35,901 nucleotides of DNA from Catajapyx aquilonaris (Eukaryota), in the NCBI GenBank assembly GCA_000934665.2, contig JYFJ02003975.1:1-35901 (forward strand). Direction: 5' to 3'. Positions 21,301 to 33,877 of this stretch are shown here, piece after piece. Each line of letters starts with the position of its first letter. Within the stretch, counting starts at the first letter, position 1. The notes below the pieces were generated by a model, which worked only from the letters and a program-made list of their open reading frames with translations, was not told the origin of the DNA and did no database searches. The translations under genes were made by a program, and so were the position numbers.

Positions 21301-23617
21301 TCACTTCCAAGCTCATCAACCTGGAAAGGAAATCACCAAAAAATTTTTTAAGGTTTCTTCAGTGCAATATCAGAAATATTTCAACCATGCCACCAAACAA
21401 CCAGGCTAGTGTGCTAGTTTGACTCTTGGCAATCCTCTCTTGATAAACTCCCTTAGTACTCTATCTATATTAGGCCTTCACAGCTACATAGGTTCAAACA
21501 ATTAACATCTCACAAGCTCTCAAGTGACGCAACCCTGCCACAATATGCTATTAAATTTACGTTACATAATTATGTAATGTTCCACCAGCATAAGATACAT
21601 AAGCATTGTATCATCTCTGACCTGGTGACAAGCTTCCTGTCATCTTCCCTGGTCCACTCAGATCCGCCTGCCTTTTTCCAGGCCAGGTAGTTCAGCCACT
21701 TGGTTCTGCACTGCTTCTCTGTCCTGGAAGCGACCCTCCTGGCCACTGCTGCCCAGGACACCCTTACACCTCCCTCTGGCCCTTCCCCATCCTCACCAAA
21801 GTACAAATTTTGACTCAGCTCCTGCACGGCCTGAGACAACCTGTCTTCTTCTTCTTGAAGCCATTTTCCCTGATTACAGTTGTCTCTGAGAAGCCTGTAA
21901 TACAACCATGCAAGCATTTAAGTACTGTTTCTTTTATGCATAAAATGACTTTCATATTAGGAAGGATTAAATTCTAGATCGAGTAGGTAATTGCCATATA
22001 CAGTATTGCACTTGCCTGCATCTATCTCGGATGGAGGATGCAGATCTGCCAAGGGCAGAGCTAATCTTCTGCCAATCATTTCCATGCTTGGCACGGAGCT
22101 GACGAAGCTTATCTAGTTCTTTCTCATTGTACCGTCCCAGATGATTCTTGTTGTCATACAGGCGTATCACACGTCGGTAGACACTAAACAAGGGGCGGTT
22201 CAGGCCTCGAGCTACCAGGCGGTAGAAGTCTTTGCGCTCATCCTTCGACATACCTGCATTCAATCAGCATAATTAGTTTAGAAACCTAAGGACATGTAGC
22301 ATTAAGAGGTCTACACATGGGCAGTTTTAGCACTAGTATGATCTTACAGATTTGCCCACTGGTGCAGGATGCAACCTCCAACTTACCAAAGACAACAGTA
22401 GAGGGATTTGGAATGCCCCTTTCCAGGCAGTATCCTTGAATGTTGGCCTGCAGAAGATCTGTCTCCTCCCTACTCCACATTCCTTGCTTCCACCTGTGTC
22501 CTCCCATGGCCAAGGTTGACTTATCTTCCCTTGAAGTGAACCAATTCTGATTCACTTCTTGACCCTTGGCGGAAGGTTTCACCTTCATCTCTTCCTCAGT
22601 CACACACACAACCCCTTCATCTCCGCCTTCCCCTTCCAAGACCATTCCACCATCCCCACTGATTTCTCCATCTTGGCTTTCCTCTCCCATGTTGGTAACT
22701 TCCTCAGACAAACACAGCCTGCTGTCTTCTTCCTGAAAATTGGCAAATGTGGAGATAACAATAAGTTTCAATGATACCTCTTGATGATACACATTTTAGA
22801 AATGAGCTTTGTTCCACCCACTCATAGATTAATGGCACAAAAATGATTTCGGCAAATGTAGGTTTCAACAACAAGAATGTTCTCTTGTACACAGAGAAAC
22901 ACCTCAGGCTAAAACAGCCATCTCCTTCCCCGTGATTCTCTTCCATGACTTCAGGCACGCAGGCACAAATTCATAGCCCTCACATGCCTCTAGAGATGGT
23001 CAACCACAAGTATGTGCCACAAAAGCAAAGTGAAAATGTAAGTAATCAACTGCCATAAGTGCACATGAACATGCAATCTTTACCAGATGAAACTGCCCAT
23101 CTGGTACAAGTCGGACAATCAAGGTGCGGCCATTTTCTTCCAACAACATCCGTTTTAATGCTGGCGACCCATCTTCTTCCCCTGCCTCCCTTCCACCAGG
23201 ATTTTGTGCTACATCATTTGGCTCCTCCCCTAGTCCATCCAACCCATTACCATGTTCATCTGATACTAGAATACTGTCTAATGGAACTTCAGCTGAAAGT
23301 TATTGAAGGTTGGCAATTAATGTTTTTTAACAAACTTAAGAATGCTACGATAATGTGAATAACAAATAAGTGGCACTTATAAACTCACTTGCGTTTCCAT
23401 CTGCATCCATGAGAAGGATTGATCTGGAATCCAACTCATCTCCTGCTTGACCCAGGAGATGTAAGGGAAGACCCATTTGGTAGGCCACCTCCTTATTGTC
23501 AACAACATCTCCAATGATATTGGCTTCAACCACTTCTCCGGATAATTCATCATCCTCATCATTCAGAAGCCCCTCTCCTAAGATAAGGCCCTCATCTGCA
23601 TCTGCACCACAATGCAT
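18333..23617 (-). CDS. DMTF1: Cyclin-D-binding Myb-like transcription factor 1 homolog
   Basis: Exons 23389-23617, 23084-23292, 22387-22732, 22016-22253, 21622-21894, 20872-21320, 20608-20780, 20259-20541 and 18333-18568 splice in frame. Diagnostic segments: WKQGMWSREE, KDERKDFYR..ARGLNRPLFSVYRRV, HGNDW...LGRSASS.RDRCR, RTEKQCRTKWLNYL, RSPQWLR.KWW.LK. The start codon is tentative. Confidence 0.92.
19400..19589 (-). mobile_element. tRNA-derived SINE (degenerate) in DMTF1 last intron
   Basis: Minus strand GGCGGCCTAGTTTAGTGGTTAGG (A box) ... GATTCGAATCC (B box) at tRNA-like spacing, without a proper acceptor stem. The 3' boundary is approximate. Confidence 0.6.
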
Positions 23618-24829
23618 CTGACCTGCATAAAATTAATGATTCAGCACATAAAAACCCGTTACATATTTAGAATTTAGTTCGATGCTTTTGGTGCCTTTTC
23701 ATCAGCTGCACTGTTCCACCCTGGAAAATATTAATCTCAGAGAGCAAACCATTTTCATACATGAACGGTTCAAGAGGTAAAGAGTACAGCCGGTTGAAGG
23801 GAAGAGTCGTCTAGTATATGCCTGGTTCACTATGGGCTGAGCATGTTTCCTGACACCAGTCGCGCAAGTCTCTGGAATTCTTGTGACTGTGACATATACC
23901 AATGGCAGAGGTGGAAGGCACTGGTTGTATTAATAACCATCACACCACCATGTAGTCAATTGTGATGCTTACAATTTTACTCATGTGCCATATTTTCATG
24001 ATGGTTTCAAAAGAGCACTCAGAATCCCTATAATAATGAAATCATTTTATCATCATCATCATTATTATTCAAAATTTTGAGAATTGAGAAAATTCTGAGT
24101 TAACAACATGCAAGTTAAATTGTTTAGCTGCAGGTGTACTGGTAACTGTACAGTGTACACCGATGCAGCACACATTTTTGAAATGTGTCTGAGCCATTGA
24201 GAATGACCATGATCACATCTGATGTCCTTTTCAGAACGAGTTCCCATCTCAGCCTTCTTTCCAGTGGAACCCCTTTTACATGGAACACTTTTTTCCCCAG
24301 CAAATGCAAGAACAGTCAATTCCCTCATAACTTTTTATTACATTCAAACAGCTGTGACCGGACCACGTGCTCTTTCCTGCACCAGGGGTGTTCGCCCACC
24401 CCAGCATCCCCTGCACAAATCTCTCATGTGTGTACAAGTGTGTGTGTGTGTACGTTGTTCTACCCCCTCCCACCCGCCCCCTCCAGTGCGCTCACCTCTG
24501 GGGGGAGAGTGGTGTGTGTGTGTGTGTACACAAGCACACAACAACAACCAGGGGTTCGTCTCTCTTCACCACCCCTCCCCTGCCCCTCCTCGTGTGGTCG
24601 TCCGGGTCTTCCCGCAAAGTCCAGGATGTTGAGGGGGGCGGTGCGTCAGGAGCACTAATCCAACATGGCCGAACAGCTCTGGTCGCAGGGAAGATCGCTC
24701 TGCTCCCCGTGCTCTGGCTCTCTCTCGGGATCCCCCTCTCTTCTCTTCTCTTGATCGTCGGGCCGTGCGTCGGGTGGGGAGTGGAGGCAGGTGGGGTGTT
24801 GGGGAATGGGGAATCAGGGTAGCCAATCC

Positions 24830-25020
24830 ATCTCCTCCATTTTACACAGTGAATTACCTGTAATGTTGGCCAAATTTAACACCTTCAGGGCACATAAATT
24901 TTTAAAATGTGGGATTAAAATAATAGGGAAATGTTAAAGTGAATATGGAGTGGCTAATTAGCGTGCACGTTGGTGACCTTGGTGACAAGTGAACGAAGAT
25001 TGTGACGTCACTTGTCCAAG
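24830..25020. promoter_or_regulatory. Putative bidirectional promoter DMTF1 / XLF, with CRE palindrome TGACGTCA at 25003-25010
   Basis: Head-to-head genes, a GC/CpG-rich segment at 24450-24830, and a perfect CRE 10 bp before the XLF ATG. TSSs are not known. Confidence 0.5.
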
Positions 25021-26811
25021 ATGGAGGACGAGGATCTCCGGTAAGTTCGATTTTTCATGTCTCGAAGGGATTTTGGCAAGGATGCGGGCATCAGGGAGGC
25101 TGGTGGGTGGCTCACAAGACGGACAGTTAGGTGGGAAGCACGTATGACTGTGAATCTGCTCGTGATACATCTTGTGGGACTTGACAGATTATTTCATTGC
25201 ACATGGCTGTCTACACTGTAAACCTCAAAGCACCACTACTAACAACCCCTTGTAAGTCTCCCATGGAGCATCGCATACTTTTTAATGCCCTTGTAATCTT
25301 TTTTTGCAACAAAAAATTGTAGTTTTATGCTGAAGGTTACAATAACTTAAAATAGTAAATGGCAAGCAAGCACTATAATATTGGACCAGTGGTCTTACAG
25401 TTATTATTGAATGAGGCTGTTCACATTATTGGGTTCTGTAGGTATTTTTTAAAGTGATAATCAAATGGATTGTACAATTTTGGGTTATCTTTCAGGAAGA
25501 CAAACGAGGAAGTCATTTGTGAGCCATGGGTGGTGGCCACGACATTCCGAGCGGTGAATGTGAAGCGGCCAGCCACTGACCAGGAAGAAGCTGTGATATT
25601 GCTGAAAACATGCCAAGAAACATCTCGTCAGCTTGGCATAGTCTTGGTTTCAGACTTGGAGGGAGTGTGGGGAGGAGAATTCACTTATGAACATGTGGCC
25701 ACCCTTTGCAAGGTGCTTGCTTCTGCATTGTTCTTGAATCAATTTGAGAGTATATGCTTGGGATTTTTGTGCAAAGTGGTTTCTTACGTAGGCTTTGATT
25801 TAATATTTATTACTTTCAATTTTGAAGGAAAACAACCCCAACCTAGAGGCTAGCCCACTTCGTTTGGGTAAGCTTATTTTTGATATGATGGAGCGTAGCC
25901 CCACCCATGGCTCCAACTCTGATGCACCTCATCAATCAAAAGTCAAGCCCACCAGTTCAAAATCGACTGTTGCACCTACGTTATGCCTCATTGAGGCTGC
26001 TGCTGGCCAGCCAGATCCTGAGGGCACCAGTGATATTAAAGTTGAGACAATGCAAGAAAATATGGACAGCGTAGAAGTAGAGAATAAAAGGGGCAGGGCA
26101 AGAAACATGATGTACTTGGAAGTGTTTTCTGATGCTTGGAAAGGCATTCGCTTGGGCTGTCGCCTTCCCCTGGCCCCACTAACTCTACAGTCTTCTGCAC
26201 TTCACCTGACCCGTCCCTTAGCTTTAATGCTTGTAGAATCACATCGTCAGAATGCGATGCTTTCATCAAGACTTAGAGCAATGGCTGTGGAGGTGGAATT
26301 GGGGTCAGGGCCTGCGACAGAGAAAAAAGGCAAGCGAAAGTCCTCTGAAGCAATGACTAACACTGGATCACCAAGCCTGACTACATTCAATGCAGGAATG
26401 ATGAAGGGCCTACTGGGGCAGGCTTTTCAGGATATGTGGCCTGAGTTATACCAAAAAGAGTAAGTACTTTGGAACTGCGCCATGTAGTTCCATGTTTATG
26501 TGATGTCTTATTAACAATTTCAAAGTGCCAAATTTCTAAACACACCATCCAATGGGAGTAAACAACTGTTAAACTCATGATGTATTTGTGTACTATAAAA
26601 TACTTTTTACAGGATAGAGTTCAGACATTCACGCATGAAAGAACCAGTAGTACCGTCAGTGTCAGCCGGCGTCTCACCTCCAAAAATGCCAAAGCTTGAC
26701 CCAGCGATAGTAGAAAAGAAGCGAAGAGAGGAATTACAGAAGAAGCTGGAGAAAGATGCAGTGAAAATGGAGGCAAAGAAGAAGGCTGGAAGAAAAAAGC
26801 TTGCACTATAA
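25021..26811 (+). CDS. NHEJ1: XLF / Cernunnos non-homologous end-joining factor 1 homolog
   Basis: Exons 25021-25040, 25496-25712, 25828-26459 and 26613-26811 splice in frame. Motifs EPW, LVSDLEGVW, CKENNPNLEAS and HLTRPL followed by a coiled coil are colinear with XLF (QPW, LVSDLQQVW, AKELNKRLTAP, HLIRPL). Basic C-terminus KKKAGRKKLAL. Confidence 0.78.
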
Positions 26812-27891
26812 ATATCGTGTACACTTTTTTTTCCGGACTGCAATCCTAATTATATTCATAATAATTACTCATTTTCATCCCTGGGTTGAATTGAACTCAG
26901 CATGTTGTGATTCAGGCCCCAGGTATGCATCAACATTTAGGCATGTAATTTTATGAGGTTATAATTATATTTTTGTTGGTTGAGTTTGTGAAATGCTAAT
27001 ACACAGGTTACTTTCTTTTGAAAATGAGTTGCATCGTGCAATTATGTGAAAATGTGATGTACTGAAATCCCGCTAATTTTGTCCCGGTTAACTTAATTTT
27101 TGCATGCCTATTGATGATGTATAATCACATATTTTTAAATGCACTAATTTTATGCATCAATAGTTTTATAAAACAATTATTCAACTTATAATAAATAAGG
27201 TACACTTCAAAAAATGTGTGCATTTGAAAATATTTCAATTGAACATGTCGAGTAAAAGGCGAATCTAAATTTTAGGCTGAAAATAGAAGAATCAAGTAAA
27301 TGCATTATGATGATTGGTGATGTCTTTTTCCAATGAAAAAATCCAATTGCATACACATTAATGGAAAATGCAAGTTGAGAAAAATGATGAAATTTTATTT
27401 ACAGTACACGTGACACAATAAATTAATAAGTGCCCCTTCATATCCTCCCAGGCGGTCAAACCATTCCTGAGGCAGGAATAAATATCCAGTTGGGCAATAT
27501 ATACCATGGCAGCCGTAAAAAAAAAATGGCTGTCATTACTCATTAGCAATGTTAAAAAAAAGAAGAAATCAGTAATCATGTCCTGTCATGATTCATTGCA
27601 GTTATGAACCGGTTACATTGTTACAGCTTTGCTTTGAGCTATCTGCTAGTTTGCACATGTACTGCCTTCTCATTTCTGATGGGATTTCTGCTGAGATGTT
27701 GCACCTTTCCAATTTGCCCTTGGAACCTCCTGCAGTAGCTAATAGCACAAAAATTTGAAGAGTGGGTATCAAACAGGTAACTGATTTTGGACATTGTCCT
27801 GCCCCACACAATAATACTTAGGAAAATTCACATTGGGTACGATACAATTAACAATTCATCATCATCTCTTAAAGTAGTCTGATTGCCACTT

Positions 27892-30867
27892 TTAGTCAAT
27901 CAATATGGATTCAATAACCAATTTGGGTTTCTTGCTTGGAAGATTACCTTCCAACTTCTTGGACCCCTCTGCCTTAATTCCGATTCTTTTCTGTCCATGC
28001 CTCTCTGAAAACCCTTCACTTTTGTTGCGACCATCCCTTTTTGACAATTCCTTAGCTTTATGACCTAACTCTATTTTCTTGCTGTTCGCCACTGATTTAT
28101 GAAGTCCTTTCTGACTTGAGTTGGCTGTCTTTGTGCCTTCCCCTTTGGATTCTTTCTTTGCCAATGCAAGGTGGCCATGGCTTTCCTTAGATTGATCTCT
28201 CTTCTGGAGCTCATCTCCTTTATAGCCCTCGCCCCAGTAGTCTCCACTTGCAACACCCATTTCCACTGTGATCTTTTCTTTTGTAGACCCTGCCCCTTCA
28301 CCACAACCAATCCCCCATGTCTCCCCGGCCTCACCTAACAAAATATACGATATGGTAGAATAAGGAGTAAAGTGAAACTCCTCCTTCAAGTAGCCAAGAC
28401 TGAGCAAGTGAGCAATCACTCGCTCACACCCATCCTTTCCCAGTTTAGTCTTGTCCCCAGTTCCTGCCATGGCACCAAATTTCTTCCCCATGGACTTCCC
28501 TTGCCAAGCATCCATCAACTTAGCAGCAGTTACGCGAAGTTCAGCCTTTGCGCAGCGTTGCAGAACACCCCTCAACTGCATCAGATGAGGAGCCAGGTCA
28601 ACCTCTTTGACACCGCTACTGCTGCTGCCATCCTTTTCACTGTGACGACAACAGTTGTCACATTGCCTGTTGCACTCTGATGAATCCCATCGCTCTTCAA
28701 AGTGGTCAGCTATTATTGCTCGCCTGCATCTGAAACAGTAAAATGCTGTAAGCATGGAGAGCACCAGTTTCATGTACGGGTAGCTACTCATATATTACTA
28801 CAGTATATTAGACTACTACAGGTATCTAATATAATTGATATTTTTAAATAAATAGGCAGTTCAATATGGCAAACACCACACTGTACTGCTAAATGTGGGG
28901 GTGTCAAGTATGTTGACATTGTAGTGACCTACCTTTTGTGGTTGAGGCAATACTTGAGCATCTCATAGAGCTTGGGCAAGCCAGTGTGTTCCTGCATCAC
29001 CATTGATGAGACCCTGAACACATCAGCCAACCTGAACAGCAACAGGCAATTGGCTGGATGTTGGTCCCTTCCTGCCCGCCCACTCTCCTGATAATAGGTC
29101 TCCATTGCTTTAGGAATTGAGTGGTGGATAACAAACCTGACATCCGGTTTGTCAATCCCCATCCCAAATGCCATGGTTGCAATGACACATTGTATCTTGC
29201 CTTCAGACCACCACCTGTGAACCCTGCTTCTGCGGTCTGGCTCCAGGTTGGCATGATAGCAGGCAACCTTCAAATCCCTGTCCGTCAGCCCAGTACTTAT
29301 TTCTTCAGTGTCGCGGACAGAAGTGGTGTAGATTATTCCAGACTGGCCTTTGAACCTGCAACAATAGTGCAATGTCTTAAACATGCAAGTGCCACATTAG
29401 TGAAACGGATCACGATATTCACCTTCTCTTGAGGAGTCCTTCTAGCAAATTCAGCTGCTCTTCAAGTGCATTTGGCTTCTCCTTGACTGTATAGAAAAGG
29501 TTAGGCCTGTTGAACTGTGCCCTCATAACAATGCACCGGCTCATGCCCAATAATCCCTGTACGTCCCTGAGCACCTGTGCTGTGGCAGTGGCAGTAAGCC
29601 CCAGCAAAGGAACGTTGGGAAATGCTGTCCTCAGCATTCCCAGTCTCCTGTAGTCTGGCCTGAAGTCATGTCCCCACTGGCTGCAACAATGCACTTCGTC
29701 GACTGCTATTCGCTGCAGTATTTTCTTCTCCACTGCTTGCTGCAGCTTACCCTTGAACCTCTTTGATTGGGATAGCTTCTCAGGGGACACATACAGCAAT
29801 CGTAGTGAAGTGTCCGGACTAGTCATAGCCTGATGAAGGACAAGTACTAGTAAGACCTTGGTAATGCAGTGTTTGGCAGATAAAACTGGGCATGTAAATT
29901 CACATGGTAGAACCCTTTGAGGTGCATTTACATGTGAGTGATTTGACCAGTGAAGTCTTCGCTGAGCGGTAACATCGCTGAGTAACCCAGGTCACCAGTA
30001 TTGTTTGAGGCGAAAATCGATTGTTATTCTCATCTCAAACAATATTGGTTACTTCGCTTGTCAAATCGCTCACATGTAAACGCACCTTTAAATGGTTACC
30101 TGCAAAATACGATTGAGATCTGGTCGACTTGTGCTGGCACTGATCATTTCGGCATCAATGTCCAAAGATTTTAGCTTGATCACTTGATCCTCCATTAAGG
30201 AGACCAATGGGCATATGACCAGTGTGAATCCATTATTTCCCACAAGAGCATCGACAATGGCAGGCAGCTGATACACCAAGCTTTTCCCTGCCCCTGTGGG
30301 CATGAGTAGGAGAACATCGTGCCCACTCAGGGTCGCATTAATGGCCGGCAACTGCTGGGGACGAAATGCTGGGATTTTGAATGTTTCCTGCATCACTTCT
30401 TGCAGCAACGAGGACCATGGAAAGGCAGTGTCGGAGGACCAGTCACGAAGAGTGGCCAACTTGAGCGACTCCTCCTGCCCCAGTTCAGACTTCAACGCAC
30501 TTAGCTTCTTCTGCAGTGCCTCACGCTGACATTTCAGTGATTCAATCTGGCCTTCTATCAGCTCAATCTCTGACTCAACGTGGCTGATCTGGGCAGCAAT
30601 AGGAGACGTTGTGGTGTCACCTGCAATAAGCAGAATATTCCAGACCATGACTGAAGTTGTGAACATCAGTCACTTCCAGGAGTACGGTAGCAGACCTGAG
30701 GCTCAAAATAGCCTTGCTCGCCCTCACTTGTCAGGAAGAGGTGGGGGCGCCTCTCCTGGAGGCTATTTTGAGGTTCAGGTCTGCTACCTTACTCCTCTGT
30801 AAGTGGCTGTACTTATCATGAACAACGTGCTTAGATGATGCCTAGGTATGTGATGAACCTCACCCAT
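27892..30867 (-). CDS. RECQL: ATP-dependent DNA helicase Q1
   Basis: Exons 30864-30867 (tentative ATG-G microexon), 30100-30620, 29423-29829, 28933-29355 and 27892-28729. N-terminal coiled coil, MPTGAGKS, DEVHCCSQWGHDFRPDY, QESGRAGRD, Zn-binding CRR...C..CDNC and the RECQ1 beta-hairpin FHFTPYSTISY. Confidence 0.95.
29920..30087. mobile_element. PIF/Harbinger-type MITE in RECQ1 intron
   Basis: About 40-bp TIR AGGTGCATTTACATGTGAGTGATTTGAC / GTCAAATCGCTCACATGTAAACGCACCT, flanked by ttg / tta (imperfect 3-bp TSD), with an additional internal hairpin. Confidence 0.72.
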
Positions 30868-31286
30868 GTTTTGGACTTTTTTCTGCAAAACTGATGCAAA
30901 ACAACAAGAACTTCAGGAGTTCTGGAAGGCAACAAACCCGTACAACAAACGAACGAAACGAACAACTTCAGCAGACGGCCGGTAAATGATATCAGTAGTC
31001 TCAGTCGATACCGATCATTTAGGGCGCGCCATTTTTGAGAGAGGAAGACAACGATGGAGTGATGGCCGAACTCTGCTGCGAGGGTAGCTGCAGCTAACGC
31101 TACTGGTGTGGATCGTCATCCTCGTGGTGGCATATTCTTCCCTTACTTCTTGATTGGTGAGTGCACAACTTGTCTTCCATATTTGACACGTCATATTGCT
31201 GCGCATTGCTGGTAAGGTTATGAAAGCAGTGGATTATGGCAATAGTAAGTCCATAAAAATTTATTAATTTTCTCAGTGGTTAGTTA

Positions 31287-32829
31287 TCATAGGTACAGTT
31301 TGATGAGTTCATCACTGACGGCAGAAGGGGTGAGAATGCCAAGGTCTGTGATGAGCAACGTAATGTAGGAAGGTGGAGTGTAGTCGACAAGAGGGTGAGC
31401 CTCTTCCAGGTCACCCTTTCTGATCTTGCTTGCCGGATACTTGAAGTTTTGAGGGAGGTCTCCTTGGTCAAGCGGGTAGAGGCGGACAAACTTGAAGCTC
31501 TCGGCCAGCACATAGAGAGGCTTGTGCATGGCTCTGGCACACAAGGCCAGTGTCAGGCTGCCAATCTTGTTGATGATCCCTCCACTTTCCACCACGCCCT
31601 CTGCGCCTACCATCACACAATCCATTCTCTCCATCAAGTGACCCACTGCACCATCCAGCACCAGGTGACATGATATGCCCTCATCGCGTAGCTTGTCATA
31701 CATTTTTTTGCTGAAACGAGGAAATAAGGACTTCAATTCATCGATGGCAGGCTGAAGTCTAGTGTGATTTGTGAATATGTTACTAATAGCAATACAGGAT
31801 CATCTGTCACCTTTTTGAGTCCTGAAACATTTTGCCTGCACTCACCCACTATTATCTGGTGCAGAAACAGTGATGTAGACTTCGAACCTATTGTTCTGCT
31901 TATGGGCCTCCTTCAACGTGTGCAAAATCACTCGAGACATGGAGTGGGTGAGAATGTGGGCACCATCTTGCACAAAAGGTGCCCCTAAACGGGCTATCTT
32001 CTCACGGGCCCCTTCCAATTTCTTCAGGAAAATGTCCCCACGTTTCAACATCACTTTTTTGCACTCCTGAAAGTTCTAGAAAAGAAAAAGGAAAAACCAA
32101 TTAGGCGCTACAAGCAGCTCAGATGCAGAGGCACATGTGATTGGTTTTCTGGCTGGTTTTCAAGCATAGGTACACGTAATGTCTGGACTAGATGACACAT
32201 GTATTTGTCATCTCACTAGGACGTTTCGTAGAAGCACTGATAAATACTATGCAAAGGTGCACCATCCTTGCAATATTGTTGCGTTCATAATTTAGTAAAC
32301 TTTGGATGTGGCTTACTAAATTATTTACACAGTACCACAATGAGCAAACTGTATGTCTAGTTCTTTATCTGACGGTGCAATGTAATGGGCAGTTATGTTT
32401 TCTAACGCTGCCAATTTACTATTCGTTACTCTATGACTATAGTTTTCACTCGTGAACTTAAAAATTAGGCTTAAAGGCTTTGTCATAATGCCTGACCTCT
32501 TGCTCGAGGGAATCGGAGGCTAGCGTGATGAACCTGAGGAAAAGTTCGCATCCAGACGAGACCGACGTCACACTCGCGTCAGCTGACTTGATCGTTTCGG
32601 TCGCTTTCTGCAAGTTCTCAACCAGCTCCTGCAATGTCTCGGCTCGATCACGGGACAAAACTTTGGCCAGGGTCTTCATAGCAGCCACACCCGCTGACAA
32701 GTCGCTATGGGGTCCGACCAGTGACTTGAAAAATGCCAGAATAGCTATGGAGGAAAAAGCAGGCCGTTACCAACATGCATGATGTAACTGGCCAGCAAAC
32801 ACCAAAATGTACCCACCTTGATCGTCCAT
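31287..32829 (-). CDS. EIF2B1: Translation initiation factor eIF2B subunit alpha
   Basis: Exons 32817-32829 (an in-frame upstream ATG exists at 32841), 32497-32744, 31846-32075 and 31287-31710. Motifs [38 protein letters not shown] and [14 protein letters not shown]. Confidence 0.96.
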
Positions 32830-33100
32830 GTTTGCGCTCATGGTTCTTCCTAGTACCTCGCGACTCTGGCCACCAGCTCCGTTTGCCCCAGACTCGCGTA
32901 AAGGCTCCTACTGAGCTGAAACAAGAAGAAAATTGCCTTTCCAGCTGCTACTACACTCTTCTCACGTCGGCGCCATCTTGAGAAAAGTGAAGAGCGATAC
33001 GCGAGGAGATGATGCGACGAAACAGATGAAGGCCGCCTTTCACACGTTCGAGTGGAAAAGAAAGTTCTGTTCGTTGCCAGTGGCGTGTACCAAACCGTCC
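32830..33100. promoter_or_regulatory. Putative bidirectional promoter eIF2B-alpha / glutaredoxin
   Basis: Head-to-head genes, CpG-rich, with YY1/Pho-like CGCCATCTT at 32971-32979. Confidence 0.45.
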
Positions 33101-33640
33101 GGTTTCAAGGAGGACCTGCTGATACCTACGAACCAGAGGCAAGTGTGGGCGATGGGTACGTCGTATTGGCACACCCATTACTTGCTCATAACCACACATC
33201 AATGACATCATTCTGTGTACCACGGTGTGGGGAGCAACGCTGTGCACATAACTAGTGTTCTACTTTATTATTTTATTTTTAAGCTCACAGTGATATTAAA
33301 CTAGCTAAGGTCTGCTGCCATTTGGTGGGAACAGGATAGCTCTCTAGCCAACATTATCAGGTTGGTTGGTTTCGCATGTTTGTGGTAGAATGGCTAGCAA
33401 CCGTTTTATCTGGTGTTCCGCAAGAACATTACCGGTATCAGTTATAATCATTTTTGTAGGAAATGCAGAGATAGTGTGGTTGTTTTGTCACAGCTGCTTT
33501 TATGAAATGGGGAGCTTTTAGCATATGAGCTTCATACCGCATTGGAAGCCCGTTGGTACTATAACTAGACTTATTTAAAAGGTGAATCAATAAGCTGGGC
33601 CTTAATCATTTTGACATTCTACTGTAGGTTCATTTGATTG

Positions 33641-33877
33641 ATGGGTGGTAATTCTCCTAGCAAGGTCGACATGGATGGACCCGTAGCCAAGGAGGTGTGC
33701 CAGCTGATCAAGTCCTCGCCAGTGGTCATCATTACCAAGGGGTACTGTCCATACTGCAAGACTGCCAAAAAGGTATTCCAGAAGATGGGGAAGCAATTCC
33801 TGGAGGTGGATTTGGTCAAGAGGAACGATGCGGATGAGATCCAAGACATCCTGGAGGAAATTACTGGGGCCAGGACG
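33641..33877 (+). CDS. Dithiol glutaredoxin (CPYC), first coding exon; remainder beyond window
   Basis: MGGNSPSK...VVIITKGYCPYCKTAKKVF...EITGART|gtgagg. The acceptor is at 33626-33627. The expected VPRVF..GG exon is not seen in the window. Confidence 0.9.

Noticed and set aside
24185..24826. Several overlapping long ORFs
   Set aside because: Arise from GC-rich leader sequence and (GT)n repeats; no recognisable protein.
33635..33637. In-frame TGA just upstream of the glutaredoxin ATG as possible selenocysteine
   Set aside because: It is far from the CPYC active site and best read as 5' UTR; no SECIS evidence in the window.
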